A DNA stretch of 64,000 nt from the NCBI GenBank assembly GCA_965248445.1, contig CBDFJG010000004.1, positions 1,632,001-1,696,000 of the forward strand, in the 5' to 3' direction. The number at the start of each line of letters is the position of its first letter. Within the stretch, counting starts at the first letter, position 1. The position numbers and the translations under genes were made by a program. This stretch comes from Planctomycetota bacterium. GTDB taxonomy: Bacteria; Planctomycetota; JAJSAM01; JAJVHW01. Shown piece by piece: positions 49,782-60,711 of the stretch. The notes beneath the pieces are model-generated. The model was not told the DNA's origin and did no database searches. It saw nothing but the letters and a program-made list of their open reading frames with translations.

Positions 49782-50050
49782 TTGCGAGCTCCCTTCAGCG
49801 ACGAGGCGACCTGGTTGGCGACGTACTGCTCGGCGAGCGGATCGACGGATCCGTCATCGCGGCAGATGCCGTGGGCGCGCAGCACCGCTGCGAGCGCCTG
49901 GGCCTGATGCGGCGGCACGTCGGCGATGCGTGCCCAGTTGCGCAGCAGCGCCTTCTCGCCGCGACCGTGCTCGAAGGCGAGCGGCCACGCGACGGCCAGT
50001 CGCTGGGCGGCGACGTTGTCCCGCAGGTAGACCAGCGCGGCGGGCTTCAC
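49778..50050 (-). CDS. Phage hypothetical protein
   Basis: 4-bp overlaps with both neighbours. Confidence 0.65.
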   Translation of the reverse strand: MKPAALVYLRDNVAAQRLAVAWPLAFEHGRGEKALLRNWARIADVPPHQAQALAAVLRAHGICRDDGSVDPLAEQYVANQVASSLKGARK

Positions 50051-50565
50051 GCGCCACCGCCCTTGCCCGCGCGTTTCGAGCGCGATCCACCGGCCACGAG
50101 ACTAAAGAAGCGCTGCGCCATGGCGTTGCCTTGCGTGGCGGCCTCTGCGTCGGCGCGCACGCGGGTAGCGGCGGCCGGCGTCAACCCGAACTCGGTCACG
50201 AGGCGCCGGTACTCGACCTCGGCCTTCTCCATCGCGATCGCGTGGGGGTTGCGGTAGAGCTCGCCCTTGCTGTTGGTCAGCACCTCGCCCATGTCGCGGA
50301 CCTTCGCGGCGAGTCGCAGGAAGCGGACCTTCGCGCGGACGAGGAGTTCGAGAGCCTCGACCTGCTCCCGTTGCAGCACGCCCATGGCGGCGAGCCGCGC
50401 GCCCATGGACCTCCACTCGGAGCGCTCCCGCGCGTCGAGGCCTCGTGGCGGATCGGGCACCCCCGGTGTTCCCTGCGGCTCGCACGGGCTGTTACGGCAG
50501 GGCTGGTACGTGCCTCGCGCGCGCTTCATGGTCGAGGGCAGCGGCGGTGGTCCGCGCCTACCCAC
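50047..50565 (-). CDS. Phage terminase small subunit, P27 family
   Basis: MGRRGPPPLP..K..RGT, NPHAIA, EFGLTPAAATRV. Confidence 0.9.
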   Translation of the reverse strand: MGRRGPPPLPSTMKRARGTYQPCRNSPCEPQGTPGVPDPPRGLDARERSEWRSMGARLAAMGVLQREQVEALELLVRAKVRFLRLAAKVRDMGEVLTNSKGELYRNPHAIAMEKAEVEYRRLVTEFGLTPAAATRVRADAEAATQGNAMAQRFFSLVAGGSRSKRAGKGGGA

Positions 50566-51778
50566 AACGCGCCCTCGGGCCGCACCAGTGCGCGAAGGGG
50601 CTGTCGGTTCGAATCCGGCTCCACATGCGCTTCTGCCAGCGAGGCCGTTCGTCGCCCTTGATCACGTTGCACATGAAGTGCGCGAGTTGGATGTTGCCCT
50701 CGTGGTGCGGGCCGCCCTTCGCCAGGGGAACGATGTGGTCGAGGGTCCCCTGCCACGTGAACCCGGCGTAGGAGACGATGGGGAGATCGCAGAGCGCGCA
50801 CATGTTGCGGTGGAGCCGCACAACCCTCGCGCGACGGATCGTCGGGCTCCGCGACTGCCCCTCGGCGGCGCGCCGGTTTCGACGCCGTGCTCAAGTACCG
50901 CAACGCTGCGCGCAAGAGCGCGCCCTCGGGCCAGCGGGCGCGGCGAACGCCGCACCGCACTCAGCACAGAAGCGCGTCTCACGCGGGAGCGCACAACTCG
51001 CACGCGACGTGTGGCATCGCTCCGAACAGGTCCGGCTGCCGTGCCGTGGGGTGAAAGAGCGCCCGCAGACGTTGCATGACCTCTGAGCGGCGGCCTCACG
51101 CTGGCTCGCCAGGTCTGCTTCGGGATCCTGGCGGTGCTCTCGCTGGAAGGCGTGGGCGCAGTCGCGAGAGCAGAACGACGTTCGCTCGACACTCTTGGGG
51201 ACGTACGTCGTGCCGCACGCTCGGCGCGCACGGCTGGCCGTTTCGCACGAGCGGCAGCGACCGTCGCGACGCGTGCATGCCGCGCCACAGTTCACGCAGG
51301 GCCACCGCCGGTACGGGGTGAGCCCGCACGAGTAGCAGGCGCGCCGCCTATTGTCCGTGCGAAGGCGAGGCCGGAACTCCTCGCCGCAGAAACGGCACGG
51401 GCGAGGGCGGTTCCACCGCGGGGACTGCGCGTGTCGGCGACGACCGCGGTCCCGGCTCGCTCGGGCGCGGCACGGACGGCACCGCACACGCATGCGTCCA
51501 CGCGCGGCGAGAGGACCGACGTCGCCGCCACAGCCGATGCAGGGACGGGATGTCCGCGCGGTCGTCCGCGGCGGTTGGCAGGCGAGGCATCGGACCCTCG
51601 GACTCCCGGGGATCGTACCCGGTGGAGGGAGCGGACCGCCGCAGTCCCGGCACGCCCGCGCGGCCGATTGCGGGGAGTTCAAAACCTGCACGCAAGCGTG
51701 CGCGAGTCCCCCGCCGGTCCAGCTGGCCGAGGTGCCCACGGCCGATCCCGCCCCTCCCCCTGCCACCTCGTCAGCCAT
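50558..51778 (-). pseudogene. HNH endonuclease with Zn-ribbon (CxxC) repeats, frameshifted
   Basis: Many CxxCG..F motifs; C-terminal CALC...TLDHIVPLAKGGPHHEGNIQLAHFMCNVIKG in a different frame. Confidence 0.7.
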
Positions 51779-52925
51779 GGGAGGCGGCCTCGGCCGAGGC
51801 GAGTTCCGGCACCTCCCCGGCGAGCCCGATGTCGGAACCGAAGGCGGCGAACAGCAGCGGGAGTTCCTGGAGCGCGTTGCGCGCGGCGGGCTTGGACTGT
51901 GCGACGCGGTTGCGGTCCTCGGGACGCGCGCCGCGGACGCGGTACGCATCGATGGCGTCGCGCAGCTTCATGGCCGAACGCAGGACCTCGGCGAGATAGT
52001 CGCGGTCGGCGGGCTCGGTCAGCTCGCGCAGCTCCGCGAGCGTCTCCGCACCCACTTCGAGCGCCTGCTCGATCTGGCGGCGCGAGAGCTTGATCTCGCG
52101 GTTCAGCACCGCGCGGCGCGCGCGGGGAACGGCACGCTCCAGGGCGTCGATGGCCTCGGCGAACGCGGCGGCGCGACGAACGGTCTTCTCGCCGACGCCG
52201 GCCGCTGCGCCGAGGGTGTGCGCGGTCCCGTTCGTCTTCAAGTGGTCACTTTGACCTCTTGAACGAGCGCCGCCGTGACCGGCGTTCTCCGCGACGTACT
52301 GGCGTCCAAGGTAGTACATCGCCCAGTGCGACGTGAGCGAACGCCGGGTCCGCTGCGCCGTGACGAACCACGCCAGCGCCGCCGCTCGGTCGGGGAAGGA
52401 GATCTTCGCGACCTGGAACGCGATGCCGTCCTCGCGACAGATCGCCAGCCGGTTGTGGCCGTCGAGCAGGATGTCCTGCTCCTGCCACACCACCAGCGCA
52501 TCGCGGCAGCCCTCGGTGCGTAGCGACTCGCGCAGCACCGCGCGCGTGGCGTCGTCCATCGGCGCGCCGAGTTCGACGAGTTCGGGGTCGATGCGGGGTG
52601 ACCCGGTGGCTGCGGTCGCCTCGCGAAGAACGTAGGGAACGTCGTCCGCTCGGCGGAGTCGCGTCCACTTGGGCTCGCCCTTCGCCTTCGCGTAGACGCG
52701 GGAGCACCGCGGCGGCGTGAGCGGCAGGTCGAACGAGAGGAGCCCGCTCGCCACCGACTCGGCAATCTCCTCGGGACCGGTGAGGACCGACGCCTCGACG
52801 CCCGGCTCGGCGTTGACGGTCTCGGGCTCGTCGTCCCCGTCCAGCGCCGCCTCCAGGACGGCGGAGCCTGCCGGAGTCCTCCAGGCCAGATCGAGGTCGG
52901 TCAGTGCGACGGCGTAGCGGGTCAT
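51771..52925 (-). CDS. ParB-like nuclease domain protein with HTH
   Basis: LRESLRTEGCRDALVVW, LLDGHNRLAIC, HGGAR, LGAAAGVGEKTVRR. Confidence 0.8.
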   Translation of the reverse strand: MTRYAVALTDLDLAWRTPAGSAVLEAALDGDDEPETVNAEPGVEASVLTGPEEIAESVASGLLSFDLPLTPPRCSRVYAKAKGEPKWTRLRRADDVPYVLREATAATGSPRIDPELVELGAPMDDATRAVLRESLRTEGCRDALVVWQEQDILLDGHNRLAICREDGIAFQVAKISFPDRAAALAWFVTAQRTRRSLTSHWAMYYLGRQYVAENAGHGGARSRGQSDHLKTNGTAHTLGAAAGVGEKTVRRAAAFAEAIDALERAVPRARRAVLNREIKLSRRQIEQALEVGAETLAELRELTEPADRDYLAEVLRSAMKLRDAIDAYRVRGARPEDRNRVAQSKPAARNALQELPLLFAAFGSDIGLAGEVPELASAEAASHG

Positions 52926-53215
52926 TGGAGGACCCTTCGCCGCTTGCGGCCGAACCCGCCGTTCTCGCGCACGGTCTTGCGGCTGTGGCAGGACCGGCAG
53001 AGCGTGCAGAGGTTCGACGGCGTGTGGTTCTCCCGGTTGCCGCCCTTGCCGCTCCACGACCTCGGGTAGCGCTTCGATCCAGAGGGCCGCATCGAGTCGA
53101 TCTCAGCGCGCCGCGCACGCAGGTGGCGGCGCTCGTGCTCGGGGCAGCGGGCCCCGCCCCGCACGAGAGCGGGACAGCCGGTGTGGGCGCAGCCGCGGGG
53201 AGGTCGATGTGGCAC
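52922..53215 (-). pseudogene. Terminase-associated HNH endonuclease (HK97 gp74-like), internally deleted
   Basis: PPRGCAHTGCPALV..RCPEH start and NLCTLCRSCHSRKT end; central CxxC/DH segment absent. Confidence 0.7.
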
Positions 53216-53262
53216 GCCCCCAACGTGCGGCCACGCGGAGCGTCGTGCGACTCGGCCCGCGT

Positions 53263-53721
53263 TCAGGGCGCGCGGCCGTAGCGCGGGGCGGGCAAGGGGG
53301 AACGCCGGACACCGGCGGTGCGCCAGCCCTCTTTCGTCGCGCGGTGCTCGAGCCAGCACTCGGCGCTGCAGTAGAAGCGCTTGGGCGGCCGGATGAAGCA
53401 ACCACAGACCTTGCACGTGGGCGATCCGCTCAGGATGCGGTCCGAGCGGTCGAGGCGGGGAAGCGGAGGGATCGTCCGCATGGGCGGCGGCGGCGGGAAG
53501 CCGCACACCGGACACGCGTCGATCCGCGGGAGACGGGAGCGGAGCCAACTGCGGGCGACCGCGATCTCCGGGCAGCCCATCCTGCGCATGCGCTGCTGCT
53601 GCTCCTCGCAGAGCGCGCAGTCGCCGTGCGGACAGCAGCCCACGCCGTGGAGAAGGCCGACGAGGCAGTGCCGGGCCTCGCGGTTCCAGGCGATGCAGGG
53701 CGCGTCGGGGCGAAGCACCAC
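53263..53721 (-). CDS. Cys-rich phage hypothetical protein
   Basis: Several CxxC motifs and YCSAEC; lies in the operon frame order. Confidence 0.5.
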   Translation of the reverse strand: MVLRPDAPCIAWNREARHCLVGLLHGVGCCPHGDCALCEEQQQRMRRMGCPEIAVARSWLRSRLPRIDACPVCGFPPPPPMRTIPPLPRLDRSDRILSGSPTCKVCGCFIRPPKRFYCSAECWLEHRATKEGWRTAGVRRSPLPAPRYGRAP

Positions 53722-53724
53722 GCG

Positions 53725-54453
53725 TCACGCCGCACCGACCCCGACGCGGCGGCGCCACGGCTGCTCGACGTCGGGGTTCGAGAACCGAAGCGTGCTCCCA
53801 CGCGCGTGTTCGATCGTGATCGCCTCGCGGGAGACGGAGGCAATCGTCGAGTCCCCTGAGAGGAAGCAGACGAGGCCCCAGTCGCCTCCGCAGGGGAACG
53901 CAATGCGGGCGCGGTTCTGGTAGAGCGCGGCCTCGGACCAACGCTTCGCGACCGCCTCGTCCCGGATGGCGTCCACCTTGGCGACGGCGTCGGGTGAGAC
54001 GGGCTCGGCGAACGGCCACGAGCCACTGGCCGGATGGGCGTGACCACCACGCCCGCCGTCCGGAGAGCTTGGCGAGCTCCCAGTGAAGACGTCGGCGAAC
54101 CCGTCGTCATCGCCTCGTGGCGGTTCGTAGGTGGCGGGGTCGAGCGCCTCGACCGCAACGAGAAGGGCTGGCTCCCCAAGGTGGGCCAACGCCCAGTCGT
54201 GGACCTCGTTGAAGCGGCGCCGGAACACCTCGAACGGCGCGCGCGCCAATCGGCCGGCGTCGGCCGCCCGCTTGGCGACGGCCATCTTGTGGCGTAACCA
54301 CGCGTAGTAGGCGGGGTCGAGCAGGCGGTAGCACCGGCCGCTGATCACCACGTCGTCGGCGAACACGTGGGGCGGCTCGGAGGTGAAGTGGTCCAGGTCG
54401 GTCCCGACCCACAGCGCCGGGTCGCCGGAAGAGCAGGTGCCCATACTGTTCAC
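53725..54453 (-). CDS. Phage hypothetical protein
   Basis: Coding-like 242-aa ORF co-oriented with the phage genes. Confidence 0.65.
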   Translation of the reverse strand: MNSMGTCSSGDPALWVGTDLDHFTSEPPHVFADDVVISGRCYRLLDPAYYAWLRHKMAVAKRAADAGRLARAPFEVFRRRFNEVHDWALAHLGEPALLVAVEALDPATYEPPRGDDDGFADVFTGSSPSSPDGGRGGHAHPASGSWPFAEPVSPDAVAKVDAIRDEAVAKRWSEAALYQNRARIAFPCGGDWGLVCFLSGDSTIASVSREAITIEHARGSTLRFSNPDVEQPWRRRVGVGAA

Positions 54454-54493
54454 CTACCGGAAGCGCGGCCGAGGTGGCGGTCGGGGCGATCGT

Positions 54494-54720
54494 TGCGGGA
54501 TGTGGTGCCGCACTGCGGGATGTCGTGCGGGATGTGCGGGGACCACATCCCGCGACGTACCCGGCTGCAGGATCAGGGCTTGCGACCACCTGCGGGATGT
54601 CGCGGGATGTCTGAGCTCTGCACCGCCGGTGCGCGTGTGCGCGCGCGTAGTAGATCTTCTTGATTCCTACTGCGCGCGCGCCCGCACCCGTGGGGGTACC
54701 GAGCACATCCCGCAACATCC
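54494..54720. repeat. GCGGGATGT iteron-like cluster (probable phage replication origin)
   Basis: Five direct copies (near 54494, 54514, 54526, 54591, 54601) and two inverted ACATCCCGC (54545, 54705), plus a partial copy. Confidence 0.7.
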
Positions 54721-54735
54721 AGGGAGGCAAGCTAA

Positions 54736-54761
54736 CCCGAATCGTTCACCAGCCGGGAATC
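54736..54761 (+). mobile_element. 26-bp left-end remnant of IS1380
   Basis: CTAA|CCCGAATCGTTCACCAGCCGGGAATC is identical to 39320-39345; cut by IS3. Confidence 0.85.
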
Positions 54762-54794
54762 TGGAGTTCCCCCGGTTCGGTGGACACCCGGGGA

Positions 54795-55652
54795 CTATGA
54801 TACGGCGGCCTCCGGCCGTCGCCGCCTCTCGAACTCGATGGGCGACAGGTCCTCGATGGAGGAGTGTCGCCGCTGCGGATTGTAGAAGCCCTCGATGAAG
54901 TCGAACACCGCCAACCGCGCTGCGGACTTGGTCGAAAAGCTGGTGCGGTCGATCAACTCGGTCTCGAGCGTGGCGAAGAAGCTCTCGCACATGGCGTTGT
55001 CGTAGGCGTCTCCGACCGATCCCATGGACGGCCTGACGCCCGCTTCTCTGCAGCGCCGCCCGAAGGCGAGCGACGTGTACTGGCAGCCCTGGTCGGAGTG
55101 GTGGACGACTCCGAGGGGCTGGCGCTGGCGCACGGCCATCTCGAGTGCGTCCAGCACGATCTTGGTGTGGAGCGTCGTGGCCATGGACCAGCCGACGATC
55201 CGGCGGCTCCAGACGTCGAGGACGACCGCCAGGTACAGGAACCCCGTCCAGGTCGGCACGTACGTGATGTCGGCCACCCAGAGCTGATCGGGTGCGTCGG
55301 CCGTGAAGTCGCGATCGACCAGGTCGGCGGCCGGCGCCTGACGCTGCGAGCGCTTCGTGGTCTTGGCTCTCTTGCGGCGGCTCACGCCCTCGATCCCAGC
55401 CTGGCGCATGAGGCGCTCGACGCGCTTCCTACCGATGTGGAGGCCCTCGTAGCGCAGCTCGGCATGGATGCGCGGTGATCCGTACGTCTGGCGAGAGCGC
55501 TCGTGGATCTCGCGGACGCGCTCGGTCAGGGCAGCGTCCTCGCGATCTCTCTTCGAGGGCGCACGGCCGCGCGATGCGTAGTACCCGCTCCTCGAGACGC
55601 CGAGGACCCGACACATGGTGGCCACGTCGTGCTCTGCCTGGTGATCGCTCAC
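54795..55652 (-). CDS. IS3-family OrfB (DDE)
   Basis: TYGSPRI, PDQLWVADITY, HHSDQGCQY, DNAMCESFFATL. Confidence 0.95.
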   Translation of the reverse strand: MSDHQAEHDVATMCRVLGVSRSGYYASRGRAPSKRDREDAALTERVREIHERSRQTYGSPRIHAELRYEGLHIGRKRVERLMRQAGIEGVSRRKRAKTTKRSQRQAPAADLVDRDFTADAPDQLWVADITYVPTWTGFLYLAVVLDVWSRRIVGWSMATTLHTKIVLDALEMAVRQRQPLGVVHHSDQGCQYTSLAFGRRCREAGVRPSMGSVGDAYDNAMCESFFATLETELIDRTSFSTKSAARLAVFDFIEGFYNPQRRHSSIEDLSPIEFERRRRPEAAVS

Positions 55653-55963
55653 GAACCCGAACCCTTCTCTGGGATCGAGCGCGTCTCCCGAGCGAACCAG
55701 GCCGCGGCTTTTTTCAAGATGTCGCGCTCCTCGCGCAGCCGGCGCACATCTCGTCTGAGCTTGCGCAGCTCATCGCGCTCCGCGGTGGTCAAGCCGTCGT
55801 CACGCTCTCCGGCGTCCAGCGCGGCCTGCTTGATCCACTTGCGGATCGTCATCTCCGTCGGCTCGAACTCGCGGCACAGGCTCATCACGCTCCGGCCGGC
55901 GCGGTGCAACTCGACGATCTGGCGCTTGTACTCCTCGTCGTACGGTGGTCTCGATCTGGGCAT
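55649..55963 (-). CDS. IS3-family OrfA
   Basis: [26 protein letters not shown]. Confidence 0.93.
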   Translation of the reverse strand: MPRSRPPYDEEYKRQIVELHRAGRSVMSLCREFEPTEMTIRKWIKQAALDAGERDDGLTTAERDELRKLRRDVRRLREERDILKKAAAWFARETRSIPEKGSGS

Positions 55964-56130
55964 CTGGACATCCTCCCAACCTCAGTGGTCGGGTGTCCAC
56001 CGAACCGGGGGAACTCCAGAATTGGCCTCGGGTTGAGAGCGCTCCGTTCGTCAGAGAACGTAGACTCGCCCCTCGCCCGCGAGCGCCCCCTGCATCTCCA
56101 CCACCAGCATCTCCACTATGCGGAGGCACG

Positions 56131-57273
<1,143 letters not shown>

Positions 57274-57534
57274 GCGCATAGGCGACAGACGTGGCCGAGA
57301 GAACAGCCGTCATCGTTCACGCACTCGCGCGTGCGCACGGGGATCCCTCGATCGCCCCAGCGCCACGGGTTCGAAGAGAGCCGGGGTCCGGACCACGAGT
57401 TTTCGTCCTGGCCGAGCGAGCGGCACGAGATCCAGGCGGCGAGGCGAAGTCGGGCCCTCAGCGGCCCGTTCGAGCCCGAGCCAACGCAGCGATCGTGTCG
57501 CTCGCGAAGTGCCAGGCGGGTGAGGGTGTGAACC

Positions 57535-58446
57535 ATGCCGGCTAGCCCCATCGATCCGGAGATCATCAGCCGGGTCCACAAGATCGACCTGCGTGCGCGC
57601 CTGGTCGTAGAGGGCTACGTCTCCGGACTCCACAAGAGTCCGTACAAGGGGTTCAGCGTCGAGTTCGCCGAACACCGCGAGTACGTGCCCGGCGACGACC
57701 TGCGCTACCTGGACTGGAAGGTCTTCGGGAAGTCCGACCGGTACTACGTCAAGCAGTACGAGGAGGAGACGAACCTCGTCTGCCAGGTGCTGCTCGACGT
57801 GTCCGAGTCGATGGACTTCAGCACGGGTGACGTCCTCAAGAAGGACTACGCGGTGACGCTCGCTGCGGCGATCTCGTATCTCGTCATCAAGCAGCACGAC
57901 GCCGTCGGCATGGTCACGTTCGACGACGCCGTGCGGGATGTCCTACAGCCGGGAAGCAGCGAGGGTCAGCTGCGCCGCGTGTTCACGCTGCTCGAAGAGT
58001 GCACGACCGGCGGCGAGACTGCGATCGGCAAGGTGCTCGCGCGCGTGGCCGAGCGCGTGCGCAAACGCGGCCTCGTCGTGCTGATCAGCGACCTCGTGGG
58101 TCCGACTGACGAGGTGCTCGCCGGACTGCGGAGACTGCGTTCGCGCGGTCACGACATCATCGTCATGCACGTGCTCGATCCGGCCGAACTGACGTTCCCG
58201 TTCGAGCGGCTGACGCTGTTCGAAGGACTCGAAGCGTATCCCGACCTCCTGGCCGACCCGAAAGCGCTGCGCGAGGCGTACATGTCGGGCGTCGAGGAGT
58301 TCATGCGCAAACTCCGCGCGGGCTGTCTCACGGAGCGCATCGATCTCGTTGAGATGAACACCGAGACGCCGCTCGACATCGCGCTCTCCTCGTACCTGGC
58401 CAAGCGCGCCATGACAGGCAGAACCGGCCGGGCGGGGCGCGGGTAG
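57535..58446 (+). CDS. DUF58 (vWA-like) protein
   Basis: GLHKSPYKGFSVEFAEHREYVPGDDLRYLDWK, KQYEEETN, LDVSESM, VVLISD. Confidence 0.95.
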   Translation: MPASPIDPEIISRVHKIDLRARLVVEGYVSGLHKSPYKGFSVEFAEHREYVPGDDLRYLDWKVFGKSDRYYVKQYEEETNLVCQVLLDVSESMDFSTGDVLKKDYAVTLAAAISYLVIKQHDAVGMVTFDDAVRDVLQPGSSEGQLRRVFTLLEECTTGGETAIGKVLARVAERVRKRGLVVLISDLVGPTDEVLAGLRRLRSRGHDIIVMHVLDPAELTFPFERLTLFEGLEAYPDLLADPKALREAYMSGVEEFMRKLRAGCLTERIDLVEMNTETPLDIALSSYLAKRAMTGRTGRAGRG

Positions 58447-58449
58447 GAC

Positions 58450-60711
58450 ATGCAGTTCCTGAACCCGCTGCTGCTCTGGGGACTGACGGCCGCCGCCGTG
58501 CCGATCGTCATCCACTTGCTGAACCGCCGCCGGTACCGACGCCAGCGCTGGGCGGCGATGGAGTGGCTCCTCGCCGCCGTGAAGAAGCACCAACGGAAAC
58601 TGCGCCTCGAGAGCCTGCTCCTGCTTCTCCTGCGTACGCTCGCGGTGTTGCTGCTGGCGTTGGCGCTGGCGCGGCCGTTCCTCTCGGGCGCACCCGCTGC
58701 AGTGGCGGCGACGCAGCAGACGCATCTCGTCCTGGTGATGGACAACTCCGCCAGCATGGGCGCCCGGTCCGGTCTGCGAACAACGTTCGACGAGGCCGTC
58801 TCGACGGCGACGTCGCTCGTCGGCGAACTCGGGAGCGACGCGCCCGTCACGCTCGTCGTTTCGAACGACAACCTGAGCTTGCACCGCCCCACCGGGCGCC
58901 CCCGCCTCCTGTTGCGTGAGAGCCGCGACCACGACAAGGTCCGGCAACTGCTCGGGGAGCTGCGCCCGGCGCCGGCTCGGGCCGACCTCGTCGAGACCCT
59001 CAAGATCGTGGACGAGTCGCTTCCGGATGCCGCGCCGATCCGGCGCAAGATCGCCGTGGTTACCGACCGGCAGCGCGCCACCGTCGATCGGTCGGCCGGG
59101 GCCAGCACGGACTCGGAGGGCGCTGCCATCGATCAGGTCGCAGCGCTGCTCCAGCGACTGAACGAGAAGTCCGCCGAGGTCCTGCTCATGTCGGTCGGTC
59201 GTCCGAGCGGCAACGTTGCCGTCGTCTCGGTTCGTCCGGAGTCGGACCGCGACGTGCTGCTCGGCGCGCCAACGCCGTTCGTCGCCGAAGTCGTGAACTA
59301 CTCCGACACACCGCAGCGCGTCGAGTTGCGGTTCCTGGTCGACGGTGAGGAGCGCGGCGACAGCGTGGCGTGGCTCGACCTGCCGCCACGTCCCGCCGGG
59401 CTCGCGCGGCCCGCTGCGCGGTCACACCGGTTCGTGATCACGTTCGGGAAGGACGAGATCGGACCGCACTCCGTGGAGGCGCGCATCCCGGCGGACGCAT
59501 TCCCGCTGGACGACGTGCGGAGCTACGCGTTCGAGGTCCGTCCACAGATCCGCGTGCTGGTGGTTGACGGCGACCCGAACCCGACCGACGAGACGGCGGC
59601 GCGGGAGACGTGGACCCTCGGGCCCGCGCTGGCACTGCGCGACGAGGGGCCGATCGAAGTGCTCGTGGTTCACGACAGCGACTACCGCCGCGCAGAGTCC
59701 CTCGAGGAGTGGGACATGGTGATCCTCGCGAACGTCCGCCGGCCGGCGCCGGACGCGGCGACGCGGGACAAGCTCGAGGCGTTCGTGCGCAAGGGCGGCG
59801 CCCTGCTCCTCACCGTCGGCGACCTGACCGATCCGGCGACGTGGAACGACGAGTTGTGGCGCGGCGGAGACGGCCCTCTGCCCGTACCGCTCGTCGAGGC
59901 GCGCGTTCGCGAGAAAGCCTGGCTGCAGTTCGATCTCAGCGAGAACCGCCATCCCATCCTGCGCGAGATCACGCACCCCGCGAACTCCGCGCTCTTCCAG
60001 TCCCCACTCGTCCGTGGCTATATGGTCGTCGAGGACCCGGATGTCGCGACCGGCGCGCGCACGATCTTGAAGTTCACCGATCTGCCGCCATCGCCCGCGC
60101 TGATCGAACGCCGGTACGGACGCGGCCGCACGCTGCTTCTCACCACGACCGTCGACGATCTCTGGGGCGACCTCTCGACCAGCATGCTGTTCGTGCCGCT
60201 GCTCCACGAGACCGTCTACGCGGTGACCTCGAAGGGCGACGACGGACTCAACCTGCTCACGTTCCAGACGTTCTCGCGCGACTTCCCGTCGAACCTCGAG
60301 CGATTCGAACTCACGTATCCCGACGGGACTCCTGCCCGTGCGGATGTCGAGACACCCGTGGACTCGCCGAGCTACGTCGTGTTCCGCGGGACCGACCGCA
60401 CCGGCGTCTACGGCACGACGACGCACTTCAAGCCGAGCGACATCCTGTCCGCGCCACCGCCGCCGACGACCGGCGCGTTCGCCGTCGCGCTGACTCCGCT
60501 CGAGAGCGACCTGGCGCGAATCCCCAACGCCGAGGCGAGAGCGCGCTGGGAGGGACTCGCGCGCGTCGCCGACGATCTGGGGGTGGCTGCCGAGAGCGTG
60601 CGTTCCGGAGAGGGTGAGATCTCGCGGGCTCTGCTGATCGCAGCGCTTCTCTGCTTGCTCGCGGAGGTGGCGCTGGCCCGCCACATCGGACTGCAGAGGC
60701 AGAGCCGGTGA
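58450..60711 (+). CDS. BatA-domain / vWA membrane protein
   Basis: FLNPLLLWGL..VPIVIHLLNRRR..WAAM BatA N-terminus, MDNSASM MIDAS, glutamine-amidotransferase-like region, C-terminal TM. Confidence 0.92.
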   Translation: MQFLNPLLLWGLTAAAVPIVIHLLNRRRYRRQRWAAMEWLLAAVKKHQRKLRLESLLLLLLRTLAVLLLALALARPFLSGAPAAVAATQQTHLVLVMDNSASMGARSGLRTTFDEAVSTATSLVGELGSDAPVTLVVSNDNLSLHRPTGRPRLLLRESRDHDKVRQLLGELRPAPARADLVETLKIVDESLPDAAPIRRKIAVVTDRQRATVDRSAGASTDSEGAAIDQVAALLQRLNEKSAEVLLMSVGRPSGNVAVVSVRPESDRDVLLGAPTPFVAEVVNYSDTPQRVELRFLVDGEERGDSVAWLDLPPRPAGLARPAARSHRFVITFGKDEIGPHSVEARIPADAFPLDDVRSYAFEVRPQIRVLVVDGDPNPTDETAARETWTLGPALALRDEGPIEVLVVHDSDYRRAESLEEWDMVILANVRRPAPDAATRDKLEAFVRKGGALLLTVGDLTDPATWNDELWRGGDGPLPVPLVEARVREKAWLQFDLSENRHPILREITHPANSALFQSPLVRGYMVVEDPDVATGARTILKFTDLPPSPALIERRYGRGRTLLLTTTVDDLWGDLSTSMLFVPLLHETVYAVTSKGDDGLNLLTFQTFSRDFPSNLERFELTYPDGTPARADVETPVDSPSYVVFRGTDRTGVYGTTTHFKPSDILSAPPPPTTGAFAVALTPLESDLARIPNAEARARWEGLARVADDLGVAAESVRSGEGEISRALLIAALLCLLAEVALARHIGLQRQSR

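Larger units (their letters stand above)
44429..54731 (-). mobile_element. Degenerate HK97-like prophage remnant (origin-like region, packaging and head module)
   Basis: Co-oriented, overlapping HNH, ParB-like, P27 terS, MTase, terL, portal, ClpP-like protease and truncated capsid; left end cut within the capsid gene, right end cut by IS1380/IS3. Confidence 0.88.
54762..56018 (-). mobile_element. IS3-family element (second family)
   Basis: 28-bp perfect IR TGGAGTTCCCCCGGTTCGGTGGACACCC; TG...CA ends; A6G frameshift motif at 55708-55714. Confidence 0.95.

Noticed and set aside
40989..54735. Segment bounded by IS1380 ends with CTAA on both inner sides, as a possible integrated circle or composite transposon
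   Set aside because: Joining the two flanks does not restore the FG-GAP reading frame, and CTAR is simply the element's target preference, so the match can be chance.
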